Part shown: one piece after another, positions 37,307-50,546 of the stretch
Position numbering within the stretch: the stretch's first letter is position 1
Layout of the letters: each line of letters starts with the position of its first letter
Source: Leidyana gryllorum EB-2025a
Taxonomy: Eukaryota > Protista > Apicomplexa
Length of the DNA stretch: 64,000 nucleotides
NCBI GenBank assembly: GCA_048772705.1
Contig: JBLWGC010000177.1
Location: 62,001-126,000 of the forward strand
Direction of reading: 5' to 3'
Program-made: the position numbers and the translations under genes
The notes under the pieces: model-generated
The model's input: only the letters and a program-made list of their open reading frames with translations
Database searches by the model: none
What the model was told of the DNA's origin: nothing

Positions 37307-38392
37307 TCAAGCTGTTGACATGTACTTCTCCTTAAGGTGCAACTTAAGCTTATTCCAGTCGGCATCAAAGCCGCGGATGCCCTCAGCGAGTTTGTCGCAT
37401 GCCATCTTAGAGGCGTTCATCTCCCAGCGGAATTTCTCCTCAGTGAGGTTGAGTTTCTCCATAGTGCACAATTTCTCTGCATCGCCTGCGGTCAATTTCT
37501 GTACCAATTTGGCCGCGGGCATATCGGCCAACTCCTTCAGAAGCTTGGGAGACACAGTTAAATTGTCGCAGCCGGCGAGTTCGAGAATCTCGCCAACATT
37601 CCGGAACGAAGCTCCCATGACCACGGTCTTGTACCCGTGTTTCTTAAAGTAGTAGTAGATCTCGCGAACGGACTTGACGCCGGGGTCTTCCGAAGCCTCA
37701 AAGTCCTTTCCCTCAGCAGCCTTGTACCAGTCCAGAATTCTGCCGACAAACGGAGAAATCAGATAAGCACCGGCCTCGGCAGCTGCAATCGCCTGGTACA
37801 GGGAGAAAATCAGAGTCAGGTTGCAGTTGATGCCTTGGGCCTGCAGTTCCTTGGCAGCCTGACATCCTTCCCACGTCGAGGCCAACTTGATCAAAAGACG
37901 GCTGTGGTCGATGCCCTTCGCCTTGAACAGCTCCACAATGCGCTTGGCTCTGTCAATGGACCCCTGTTTGTCGAAAGACAACGAGGCGTCGACCTCGATC
38001 GAGACAACTCCAGGGACGATTTCCAGAATCTTAGCGCCAAAGGTGGTCAACAGCTGGTCACAGATCTCGGGAATCAACACATCCGGGTCAGTGGAGTTGT
38101 TAGTCGCCTTGCGAGAAGCCTCGACCGCCTCGTCCACAACAGACTCGTACGCGGGATTCTTCACAACTTGGAGGATCAATGACGGGTTAGTAGTAGCGTC
38201 CACGGGCTGGAAGGTCTTGATGGCCTCGTAGTCGCCGGTGTCGGCGACAACTTTGGTAATCTTCTTGAGCTCGTCCAAGGCGCTCACTTGTTGCTTCTTA
38301 GTGGCCGGATCCTCGACTGCATCGTTGGTGGCGGTAGCGGAGGAGGCGGGGCGTTTGGCAGGGGAAGCAACAGTCGGCTGCTGATCGGTCAT
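37307..38392 (-). CDS. TAL: Transaldolase, intronless
   Basis: VVADTGD, DATTNPSLI, catalytic-Lys motif LIKLASTWEG, CNLTLIFS, ISPFVGRILDWY and MGASFRN. Confidence 0.96.
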   Translation of the reverse strand: MTDQQPTVASPAKRPASSATATNDAVEDPATKKQQVSALDELKKITKVVADTGDYEAIKTFQPVDATTNPSLILQVVKNPAYESVVDEAVEASRKATNNSTDPDVLIPEICDQLLTTFGAKILEIVPGVVSIEVDASLSFDKQGSIDRAKRIVELFKAKGIDHSRLLIKLASTWEGCQAAKELQAQGINCNLTLIFSLYQAIAAAEAGAYLISPFVGRILDWYKAAEGKDFEASEDPGVKSVREIYYYFKKHGYKTVVMGASFRNVGEILELAGCDNLTVSPKLLKELADMPAAKLVQKLTAGDAEKLCTMEKLNLTEEKFRWEMNASKMACDKLAEGIRGFDADWNKLKLHLKEKYMSTA

Positions 38393-38457
38393 GTTGATTC
38401 AATACAGAGAAAGCGAAGAAAAAGGACAAGTGGGTGGAGTGAAATGAATTCTAAAAA

Positions 38458-41732
<3,275 letters not shown>

Positions 41733-41754
41733 GGGGTGCAACCGTGTGCTCTCT

Positions 41755-43780
41755 ATGTATCGATTCCGCAAGGCTCGTCCGAGGAGTTTGACTCCTCCAC
41801 CTCACAAATTAGATCCTCGGTAGGGGATAGACGCATTGTATGCTTTGAAGTGAAGCTCCTTATTAGTGCTTTTCATCAACAACGGGATCGGGAAGAAGAC
41901 AATCCTCCGGTTGACTGCCGTCGTCGTAATCCATGGAAGGTGAAGGGACAGGAGGAATGTCCCGAGCCTCTTGATGTATTCTGTCGGCCAGCGAGCATTC
42001 GACGTCCAACTCCACCGCCCCCACTTTCCCCTTTTCGAGAGTCTCTGGAGAGTTTGTGGCCGACGCATCCGAGGGTGACCTTGTCGAGGGACAGCCTCAC
42101 GTCCTGCACCGCTTCGTCCCACGAAAGTGTCGCGCCTCCCCGCTTCCGGGCCCCTCCGCGGCCTTTGGGGTATCATTTGCGGTGCAGTTGGAGTTTGCTG
42201 ATTGGGCCTCACGGCTCGACTTCGTTAGCATACATTGACCACTTGCGGCAGTAAGCACGAAGATTCGGCCTGTTAATGGCGGTGACCCATCAGAGAGGCG
42301 ATAGCCCCTAACGTCCTGTTTTTGACGTTAGCGGAGACGATAGATTGGGCGCTGGGCGACGAGAAGGCGGAATGGTACCATGAGATTGCGGAGTGTGTGA
42401 GAGAACATCGACCTCTTTCAATGATGCTACTGCGAGACGTTGTGGCGGAGCTGCTGCCATCGCGGATCAGAGTGTTGCAGACATCGTTGGCGAACGATAT
42501 GCCGCCCCCGCGTCGAGGACACTATCCGATATTCGTTGTTCTGGAAGGCTTTGTGACATCTCCACGTGCTGCCACGGAGTTTGAGGCCCTCTTTGGTCCC
42601 GTGCAATCGGTGATCTGCTTCGAGCTGTTGAACGGTCACATCAGGAGACTGGCGCAGATACCGGAGGACGATCCCCGATCGCCTGTCGGGAAGGACTCGT
42701 GGTCCAAACTGGGCATTAGCTTGGAGGACTCGGAGAGACGGGCAAGAGCCATCAAGGCTTACTACTCGAACAGGGGGCTCTTGCAGGTGAGGGGAGAGAG
42801 ATAGTTTGATGAGGTGATGAGGGGTCGCATTGTTCAGGTGATCAACTTGGGCCGAGATGTTTATTACATCCTCGACTCGCTGCGGACAGCGATTCGGCAT
42901 CTCAGTACTGCGGCTGGGGTGCGTAGTTGCGCACATGTTCCATTCCGTGTGTGAGCGAGCCGACTGTGTGGTCTGCACGCAGATGAGCGAAGAGGGCAGC
43001 TTTATGGATGAGAGGCCGGAGGGGACTCCGGCTTTGTCTGAGAGACGGCCAGTGGGGTTGAAGAAGCCGCCGCCGATGACTCGGCGTCTCGGGCAACCAA
43101 CACCCAAAGTCGAAGCTACTCCGGTCAATGATCTATCCGAGATTAGTCACGAGTCCGTTGTTAATGATGATTCATACATGGCAGATCCAGAAATAATGGG
43201 TGGACCCGCAGAAACCGTCAATGAAAACGATATGGGCGACGATCACTCACACGTGCTCGGCACACCTTCCAGTATAGGCAGACCTCGCTCTGATGTCAAG
43301 GCTGCCTTTGAGGCCTATCACCCCAGAGAACAAGAAGAACAAGCTCCACGCGCTAGTCGCAGTTCTCGTTACACAACTGACACTACAGCTTCCACGGGAC
43401 GTCGTACCAGTGGGGGTAGCGAGCGCCCCCCAACCGAAAAGCACACCACTACTCGGCCACCCAAACGGTCAAAAGTCAAAACACCTCCAAATGTTTCGAT
43501 GCCCGCCGACGATGCCAACGGAGACATTGATTACATCGCCTCCGCTGAACAAAATCAGTGGGTATTCGACCAACAACCGCCTCCTCAAGGAGGCGAGGGC
43601 CTCGGGATACTGGGGGACGTTATGGGATTCTTCTTCGACGCATGCCGTCGTCCTCCGGCACACCACCATCCGCACCCCCATCATCATTATCAACCGGGTC
43701 CACCGCCACCACCACCCCTATATGGACCGCCTCCCAGCCCCTATCAGCCTCTGTATCTGTGGTATAGATCGACAGAATAG
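41755..43780 (+). CDS. Degenerate adenylate/UMP-CMP-kinase-like domain with a low-complexity Pro/His-rich tail; introns 41820-41866, 42251-42293, 42787-42837 and 42919-42982
   Basis: Four GT-AG introns join the ORFs in frame. LLIGPHGS, VVLEGF, FEALFGPVQSVICF and AYYSNRGLLQVI follow NMP-kinase motif order. Confidence 0.5.
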
Positions 43781-43805
43781 TGTCCATCAAATGTATTGTA
43801 CTTCC

Positions 43806-45583
43806 TCAAGGTAAGCTCGGCCATTCATCAGTCGACTTGGGCTGCTGTGGTGTCAACCCTGGAGGTCGAACGTGACCGAAATCCATTGACGGTCCGGCTG
43901 GTGGGGCCCGAGATTGCGGCGATGACCGATGGTCGCCACGCCCACGTCCTCCTCGCCCCCCTCGGCCTCCACCTCCACGTCTCTCGAATCCCGGAGAAGG
44001 CGCTGCCTCACTCATTCGATGTTGGCCACGACCAACCGATTGGCGTCCACTGGGCGCTGGTCCGTTGTTCGAGGGCTGTCGATGATGTTGAGAGTCACCG
44101 CCTCCTCTCCCACGGCCACCGCCCCCACTGTGGTCTCTTCCACGGCCACCGCCCCCACTGTGGTGGTGCCCTCCACGGGCTCCAATGTGATCAGTACCGC
44201 CACCTCTCCCACGTCCGGTGTCAGCTCTGCCGCCTCGGCCCCGATCGCGGCCGCGGCCGCCGCCGGCGTCTCGATGCATTTCTCTGTCTCCGGTGGGGGA
44301 GGGTCGCTGGACGGGAGACTCGACGAGTGGATGTTGGGCCACGGGTGAGTGATCGACTGCGGGTTCGGCCGCGGGCTCGAAGACACCGGCACCAAAGAGA
44401 GTTCGACCTCCAATTGATTGGGTTACAATGCCTTCATCTCGATGACCTCTTCGTCCTCCCCCTCTTTGGCGTCCAGGCTTTCCTCTTTCAAACCTTGTTG
44501 CAGGTGACGGCGCTTCGGGCTGCAGCCGTTTGGACATGATGGCGTTGGCTTCCTTATTAGTGACCTCAGCTTGGGGCTGAGGGGGAGCTGTGGCTGGAGC
44601 GCAAACGCTTTGCGGCTCCAAGTCCTCCATATCGACAGCGGCACGGGTTGCTGCTGTTCCCGCATGAGCGCCTTTGAGTATATCCTGTGCCTTGAGGAAA
44701 GTCGGAGGGTCCAATCGCGATGCGAGCGGTGGAACGGGCCTCTCGAAGGGAATGAAGGCGGGATAAGAATTAGTGCCGTGTCTGTTTCCTCGTCGATGAT
44801 CGGGAACCTGTTTTTCAATATGAGTCAGTGTGTTCGCTGTGAATGAATGCTTCTTACCATGTTGGACGCTGTCATGTTAGGGACTGAGCCACCCATATGG
44901 CGTAATTGGTTAGAATGCAGCATCAGCACCATATTGCAGCTGGTCTGCAGCTGTTGGTTAGTACCACTGAGTAAGAACTTCTCTCCAGGCGTGAAACTCC
45001 TCTTCTCTGCACCGATTCTGCACATTGCCTCCAGTACAGCGATGCGAAACGCTCCGGCGCACAGAATGTATTTCATCCGGCCACGAGCGTTAGACACTCC
45101 GGCAGTCTCCTCATCTTCAGGGATGGCTGTGGCATCGTCTCCTCCTTCGTCGTCGTTGACAACAACGTCAGCATTGTCTCCTCGGCCGCTGGGCTGTGAT
45201 ACACAGACAGCTTTGATCAGCTGAAGCAGCACCGGTTGGGGCCACTGCAGTTGGCGATTTGCACAGTTGAAGAACGGTAGGCAGAAAAGCACTTACGGAG
45301 ACAACTCCATCAGCTGCCTGAAGTACTTCGGCCGGAGGCGGGGAGACGGGAGCCAAAGCAAAGGCCCTGCAGTGATCGTGAGTGCGTGGGCGAAACGAAA
45401 GGAGACGAACCTCAAATCGATGTTCAACAGATAGCTATGGGCTTTACTCTGCCAAGCGCGTTTTGCGCCGCCGGTCTCATTGTCTTCTTCGAGGTGATTC
45501 AGAAAAGCATTCCACAGGTGCGTTTCTTTAGTTTCATGCAACCCGAATGTGCAACGCAACCAGGTGCGAAACTCGTCCTCCAT
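43806..45583 (-). CDS. Hypothetical protein with an RGG/RG-rich C-terminal region, about 4 exons
   Basis: Three short introns join the ORFs in frame. The C-terminus has many GRG/RGG repeats and ends in DEWPSLP. Confidence 0.6.
44110..44164. repeat. 30-bp-period tandem duplication within the RGG-coding region
   Basis: ccacggccaccgcccccactgtggt occurs twice, 30 nt apart; it encodes HSGGGGRGR on the minus strand. Confidence 0.85.
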
Positions 45584-45635
45584 GTTGTTTGGCAGAATAA
45601 TACATTTTATGGTTCGGCAATGGTAGAGAGAGATA

Positions 45636-46757
45636 TCACGCAATAGCCTTCTTTCGGAAAGTTCCCTGTATCCAACATCTGTCCAGCACCTTTCCAGTCT
45701 TTCTATTGACGAAACGGCGCTGAATCTCTTCACAACGGACCTCTTCCAGTCCAACTTTATCCAGAGACTCTAAGAGCTCTTTCTTGTCAAAGTAGGTCGC
45801 CAGCGTGCCGTCTTGGCGGACGTAAGCGTGTTCGGCGACGCGCGCACTCTGTCTACTGGCGAACCGCACCTCTTTTTGGTCATACCTCGCATAGTCTCGG
45901 AATAACAGGAGGCCCCCAGATTTCAGCGAGGACGCTATCCGTCCCAACACAGTCTCTACCAACTCGGGCGGGATAGCCGACAAGACAAACAAAAGTAGCG
46001 CAGCGTCGTAGCGATCTTCAACTTGGACTACTTGTTCAACTAGTTTAGTACTGAACTCAGAAGAGCCCCCCTCACTGTCCAATACAGCTGTGGGAGCTTC
46101 GTGATTGATCATGTCCCAGACCCCCAACTTGACGATACTCCCACACCCTTCTTTAGATTCCTGGGAGTAGCGTTGCGCGAGCAGTTGCACAGCGCGTCGC
46201 GACACATCGAATGCCTCCGCTTGGCAGAGAGGTTCTGTGATTGAAATTTGAGGATTGAGGGGAACAAGTACACTTACGATTGCGTAGGAATGGAATGAGG
46301 GCGTTTCCCACTCCGCAGCCTGCATCCAGCAGGAGCCATGGACGGTTGCGTTCGTTGAGGGCCTTCACAGAGGCAATATCGAGAGTTAAGTGATCGTCGT
46401 CATTTTGAGCGCCACTCTCTGAGTTGGGTGTGGTCTTAAGGTCAAACTCGCGCTCTAACCACGATCGATCCTTGAAGAAATTTGCCTCATTCCTCTTGTA
46501 GAAGAGTTCCCAGTTCTTGGCTTGATCCTTTCTATACTTCTCTGTGCGTGGAGGTGAGAGTAGGGGGCGGCGAGGGGGTGATGCTTACGAAGCCAGAAGG
46601 GTGGTAGCAACTTGTTGTCAGGATCGTTCAAGATCGCGTCCAGCTCCGAGCGCATGTCATCGGTAAACTCTATGGCTGTCACTGTCGGAGAGTTTGGATA
46701 GGCGAGAATGGATGAGAAAGGCGTACCGTGATCGTCATCGATGAAATCCTTGGGCAT
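45636..46757 (-). CDS. METTL2/METTL6 (Trm140-like) tRNA m3C methyltransferase, about 3 exons
   Basis: NWELFYKRNEANFFKDRSWLEREF, LDAGCGVGNA, LFVLSAIPP, LLFRDYARYD, YVRQDGTLATYF and RCWIQGTF. Confidence 0.9.
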
Positions 46758-46864
46758 CCGAGGAATAAAATTTTCGTCGAGGCCCAGCAGCAGGTTGATG
46801 GCTCAGGGCCCACCCACTAGCCAGAAGAGTTGATTGCCTCCGATGTGAGGTAGACTTGGTGCTG

Positions 46865-47720
46865 ATGAAAGCATCGTCGTCGTCTCAACCACAACAAGCT
46901 CCTCCTCCCCCCCCTCCTCCCCCGTGTTCCCCTGTATCTGAGCTTGGCGCCTCGTTATCAGCTCCGCCAGGATCCTTTCCTCCCCCACCCAGTCGGAAAC
47001 CACTCCCAAGTCGAAAACCAATAACAATTATCAAGAGGCCCAAGCTACCCAGAGGTCAAGCACCGTCACCCGACGAAACACCAGGAGCTGCGAGCGATGA
47101 TCCCACACTATATGCCCCTGGTGATAACGGTGAGCAGAGAGTTTTGTTCAATCACACTACTATGTCTGTCTGTATTGCAGTGCACCCAGGCTTGCGAGCC
47201 GCTAGTGAACTTGAGTCTGAGCCCGAGGCGCGCCGTGGTGCCTTGGGCTTTAAATCTCTCGAAGAGAGAGTGCGAGCGGTAGGACTCCATTCTTTCGACT
47301 GAGCCTTCAATTTCGAAATTACAGTATGAAGAAGCGAAGCGACGGATATGGACGGAACAGCATTTGCCCCCTCTCGCTGCTGAGGGGGCGGCAGCGGCTA
47401 CGAGTGGTGTCCGTTCTTCGTCTTCTACAGCAGCAGCAGCAGGCGAACCGCAGTGGGGCACTAACCGTTCGCAAACACCACCCGCCCCTATAGAATATGA
47501 AGTTAATCAGCCGCCGACGAACTGGGGCCCTCATCAGCCGCTGTTGTACGGACAGCCGCCGAACTGGTTGTGGCAGGGCGGAGGCGACAATCGGGGGGTT
47601 CATTATATGGGTCTGATGCCCCCTTCTTCTGCTGAGTATGTGGTACACCGCCAAGCTCCCCCACCCAGCCCGGCAGAAAGTGATCTCATGTGGCGTGGTT
47701 GGGCAGCTGGTGGGTCATAG
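46865..47720 (+). CDS. SUZ-domain-like Pro-rich protein; introns 47130-47180 and 47279-47324
   Basis: ITIIKRP plus spliced KSLEERVRAYEEAKRRIW matches the SUZ pattern (KILKR...KSLEERE..Y..AR.RIF). Confidence 0.7.
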
Positions 47721-47758
47721 GGTGTATACATGTCTGAACCTCTTTTTTTCGCTACGAA

Positions 47759-48718
47759 ATGGTGGCCACAAAGACCACACTGGGGGCGCCAATTCTGGCC
47801 CGTGAAGATGATGCCCTCTTTTGTGACTCTATTCAACCAGATACGTCGTTTACCTCCTCAGAGTTAGCATCCGAAGCAATTCTGCGACTCCTCCTACTGG
47901 CAGGTATAGTCGTCATTGACATACTCGTGCCTCAAGCCTTCCGACGACAAGTCGTTGGCAACAACTGGGCCAACTATGCGTATCCGTACACCCCCGTCGA
48001 GACTATATCCTTCCCGTCACTATTGCTCGTCGGGCTTACGATCCCTCCCATCCTTGTGCTCGCAGCCACTCTTTTGACACAACGCCCCGGGAAAAGACGC
48101 ATTGTCTTTCTCAACTTTGTACTCGCCATCACCCTCAGCATATGCTTGAGCGAGTGCCTCACCTCACTGGTCAAGAAGAGCTTCGGCCAACTCCGCCCTG
48201 ACTACCTGTCGCGCTGCTTTGGCACCCCCGATGTATACAAGTACCTGGCCGACGCCAACATGACCTTCGCCGACCTTCCGCCCTTCCCGGTGTGCGTCGC
48301 AGGGGCGGGCCCACAACTCATGGAAGAAGCGCGACTATCCTTTCCCTCTGGACACAGTGCATACGCGGCCGCTACATTCGGGGTTTTGGCAATGTGGTTG
48401 TACTCGTACATTCCGACACAGTTCGTCATTATCATACCGTCGGTCCGTCTAGTCGCAGGAATGGTCGCTGCTACGTTCCCGTTCTATGTTGCTGTCTCAC
48501 GCACAGCCGACTACCGCCACCATCCTAGCGATGTGATCGCTGGCCTTCTCCTGGGCTTCGTTGTGGCCTTCTTCTCATATCGAGTGTACCATCGTCCTAC
48601 TCGTCCGCAACAGCCTCTTCTCCTCAATCTCGCCAAGGAAACTTGGAATCAAGAACAAGAAACCACCAGCCCCTTCGTGGACAATACACCGACCACCAGA
48701 GGGCCTCTGGACGTATGA
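47759..48718 (+). CDS. PAP2-family lipid phosphate / phosphatidic acid phosphatase
   Basis: Three catalytic motifs, KKSFGQLRP, SFPSGH and SRTADYRHHPSDV, with about 6 hydrophobic segments. Confidence 0.92.
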   Translation: MVATKTTLGAPILAREDDALFCDSIQPDTSFTSSELASEAILRLLLLAGIVVIDILVPQAFRRQVVGNNWANYAYPYTPVETISFPSLLLVGLTIPPILVLAATLLTQRPGKRRIVFLNFVLAITLSICLSECLTSLVKKSFGQLRPDYLSRCFGTPDVYKYLADANMTFADLPPFPVCVAGAGPQLMEEARLSFPSGHSAYAAATFGVLAMWLYSYIPTQFVIIIPSVRLVAGMVAATFPFYVAVSRTADYRHHPSDVIAGLLLGFVVAFFSYRVYHRPTRPQQPLLLNLAKETWNQEQETTSPFVDNTPTTRGPLDV

Positions 48719-48736
48719 CACGGCGCCCCTTCCCTA

Positions 48737-50304
48737 CTACGGTGGCTCCGGACCCCCTTGAACCACATACAAACGGATGCGATCGCCCTGACAGTGAACA
48801 CGCCAATGGCAACATCAAACCCGAAGCATCACTCACTTTTCGGATCTGCTGATTTGCAAATCTGTCGTGTTCCATTCCCAACCGCTTTAACGGAACCACG
48901 ATCGGTGCATTCTTATCCAACACCGTAATATGAAGTCCAAGTAGGGTAATGGCTCGTTCAACCTTGCCTGAAACAAGAACGAGGAGATGCAGATTAGTAA
49001 GTAGAGTAAGTAGCTGCGATGAGGCAGGTGGGCTCGCAGCTTTTACAGAATACGTGTGTGTGCGGGCCGAAGTCAAGCACACACGACTGCATTGCTCACC
49101 TCCGTTTTGTGCCAAATATGTCGACCGTGACACTACTAAGCTCTCCCCGCAGTACTTGGACTCCTTCAACTGCCATTGAGGGCCATATACATCTGTTTTC
49201 GAGCAAGGGAATTGAAGGGTTGATCAGTGTGGTGTTCGTCCACTCACCGAACGTTGGTAAAGGGTCCGCAGCCCGAGTGCGGAAAGTATCGAAGTCGAAC
49301 CTGTTGTGGGCGGACATTGTTGAGGGGTGGGTCGACAATAATCGGGAGAGCTCACCAGAGGGTGTTAGGTTCTTCGAGTGGGCACTTTTGGCCGTATTCG
49401 CGCGGGGGGTTGTGCTTAGGTGTGATGAATTTGGGCGGATGCCAGACCAATGATTTCGGATCTAAGACGCCAAGGGCATTACACAAGTTGATTGGAATTT
49501 CGAGTCTATCGTAGACACAGACTTCGGGAACGAAGGGTCCCCCCACAACGAGAATTTCGTCGCCATGAAATCTGGTGTTGTCCTTTCTGAACCAGAGGTT
49601 TCGTCTCGTCCCATAGGGTTTGACTTCGACGCGGAAGGAGGTGCGGAGTCGGCGGTCAGCGGGAGATTTGGCACAGGGAGGTTGTGGAGAGTCGCATGAG
49701 GGCCTGGGCGACGGTTGTAATAGGGAGGAGCTGTAGGCGATCTCAAGGCATTTGCCCTTACAGGACGGGAGGACCTGAGGGGTGGTTTGAGATATGAGTG
49801 TTATTGCGGGTAGTCAGTCACCTTGGCAAAGATGAGAAGGTCCGCTCGTATGCCGAAATCCTCAATATAGAGGGGCTGTATGGCGAAGTCGAAGCATTCA
49901 AGTTCAAGGTGGTCTCGATAAGTGATCGCGAATGAATCAGTGATAGGCTTAACCCATACGTCGAGGATGAATTTGTGAATAGTGACAAACCAATGAGGAC
50001 AAACCTCGAGCAGTTTAGGCAACGTCGGGTCGCAAACGTATGGCAAGAAATGCTGCAATGTCTCGGGATTCAGGAATGGCTTATGATTCCGGGGATCGCC
50101 GTATACTTCATACTGAATAGGCTCGGGTTCGATAGATCCTTTTTCTTCAGTGAGCCTATATCTTGGCAAATACGACACTGCAGAAGCCCGAGGGCGGCCT
50201 GACTTGAGCAACACCTCCTGCATTTTATTGAAAGGCAACACTATCCGTCGGTTGGCGAAGAAGGGCCCTCGCAGCAAGTCATCCTTGCTTTCGCCCTGCC
50301 CCAT
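48737..50304 (-). CDS. N-myristoylated F-box protein, apicomplexan FBXO1-like, multi-exon
   Basis: MGQGESK myristoylation motif and F-box-like LNPETLQHFLPYVCDPTLPKLLEVCPHWFVTI. Spliced C-terminus PLKRLGMEHDRFANQQIRKGDRIRLYVVQGG. Orthology is from recollection, not a search. Confidence 0.55.
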
Positions 50305-50546
50305 GACCCGATTTTTTTCCACCCCCCCTTTTGGACAATGCTTTGACAATGTCATCAGCTTCTCTCAAAGGTGGCCCTGCACTCTTGCAACGGTCCCGTT
50401 CGGGACGAACAGCACAAGATGCTCTGGGCTTGGACACTGTACCATCCACCATGATGGTAACTCCTGGTGGTGAGCTCCTATTGAGAGCCGTTGTCGCATA
50501 TAATGTCGTTAATATGGTGCTTCGCTATCTGTGAATGTAACTCGCT

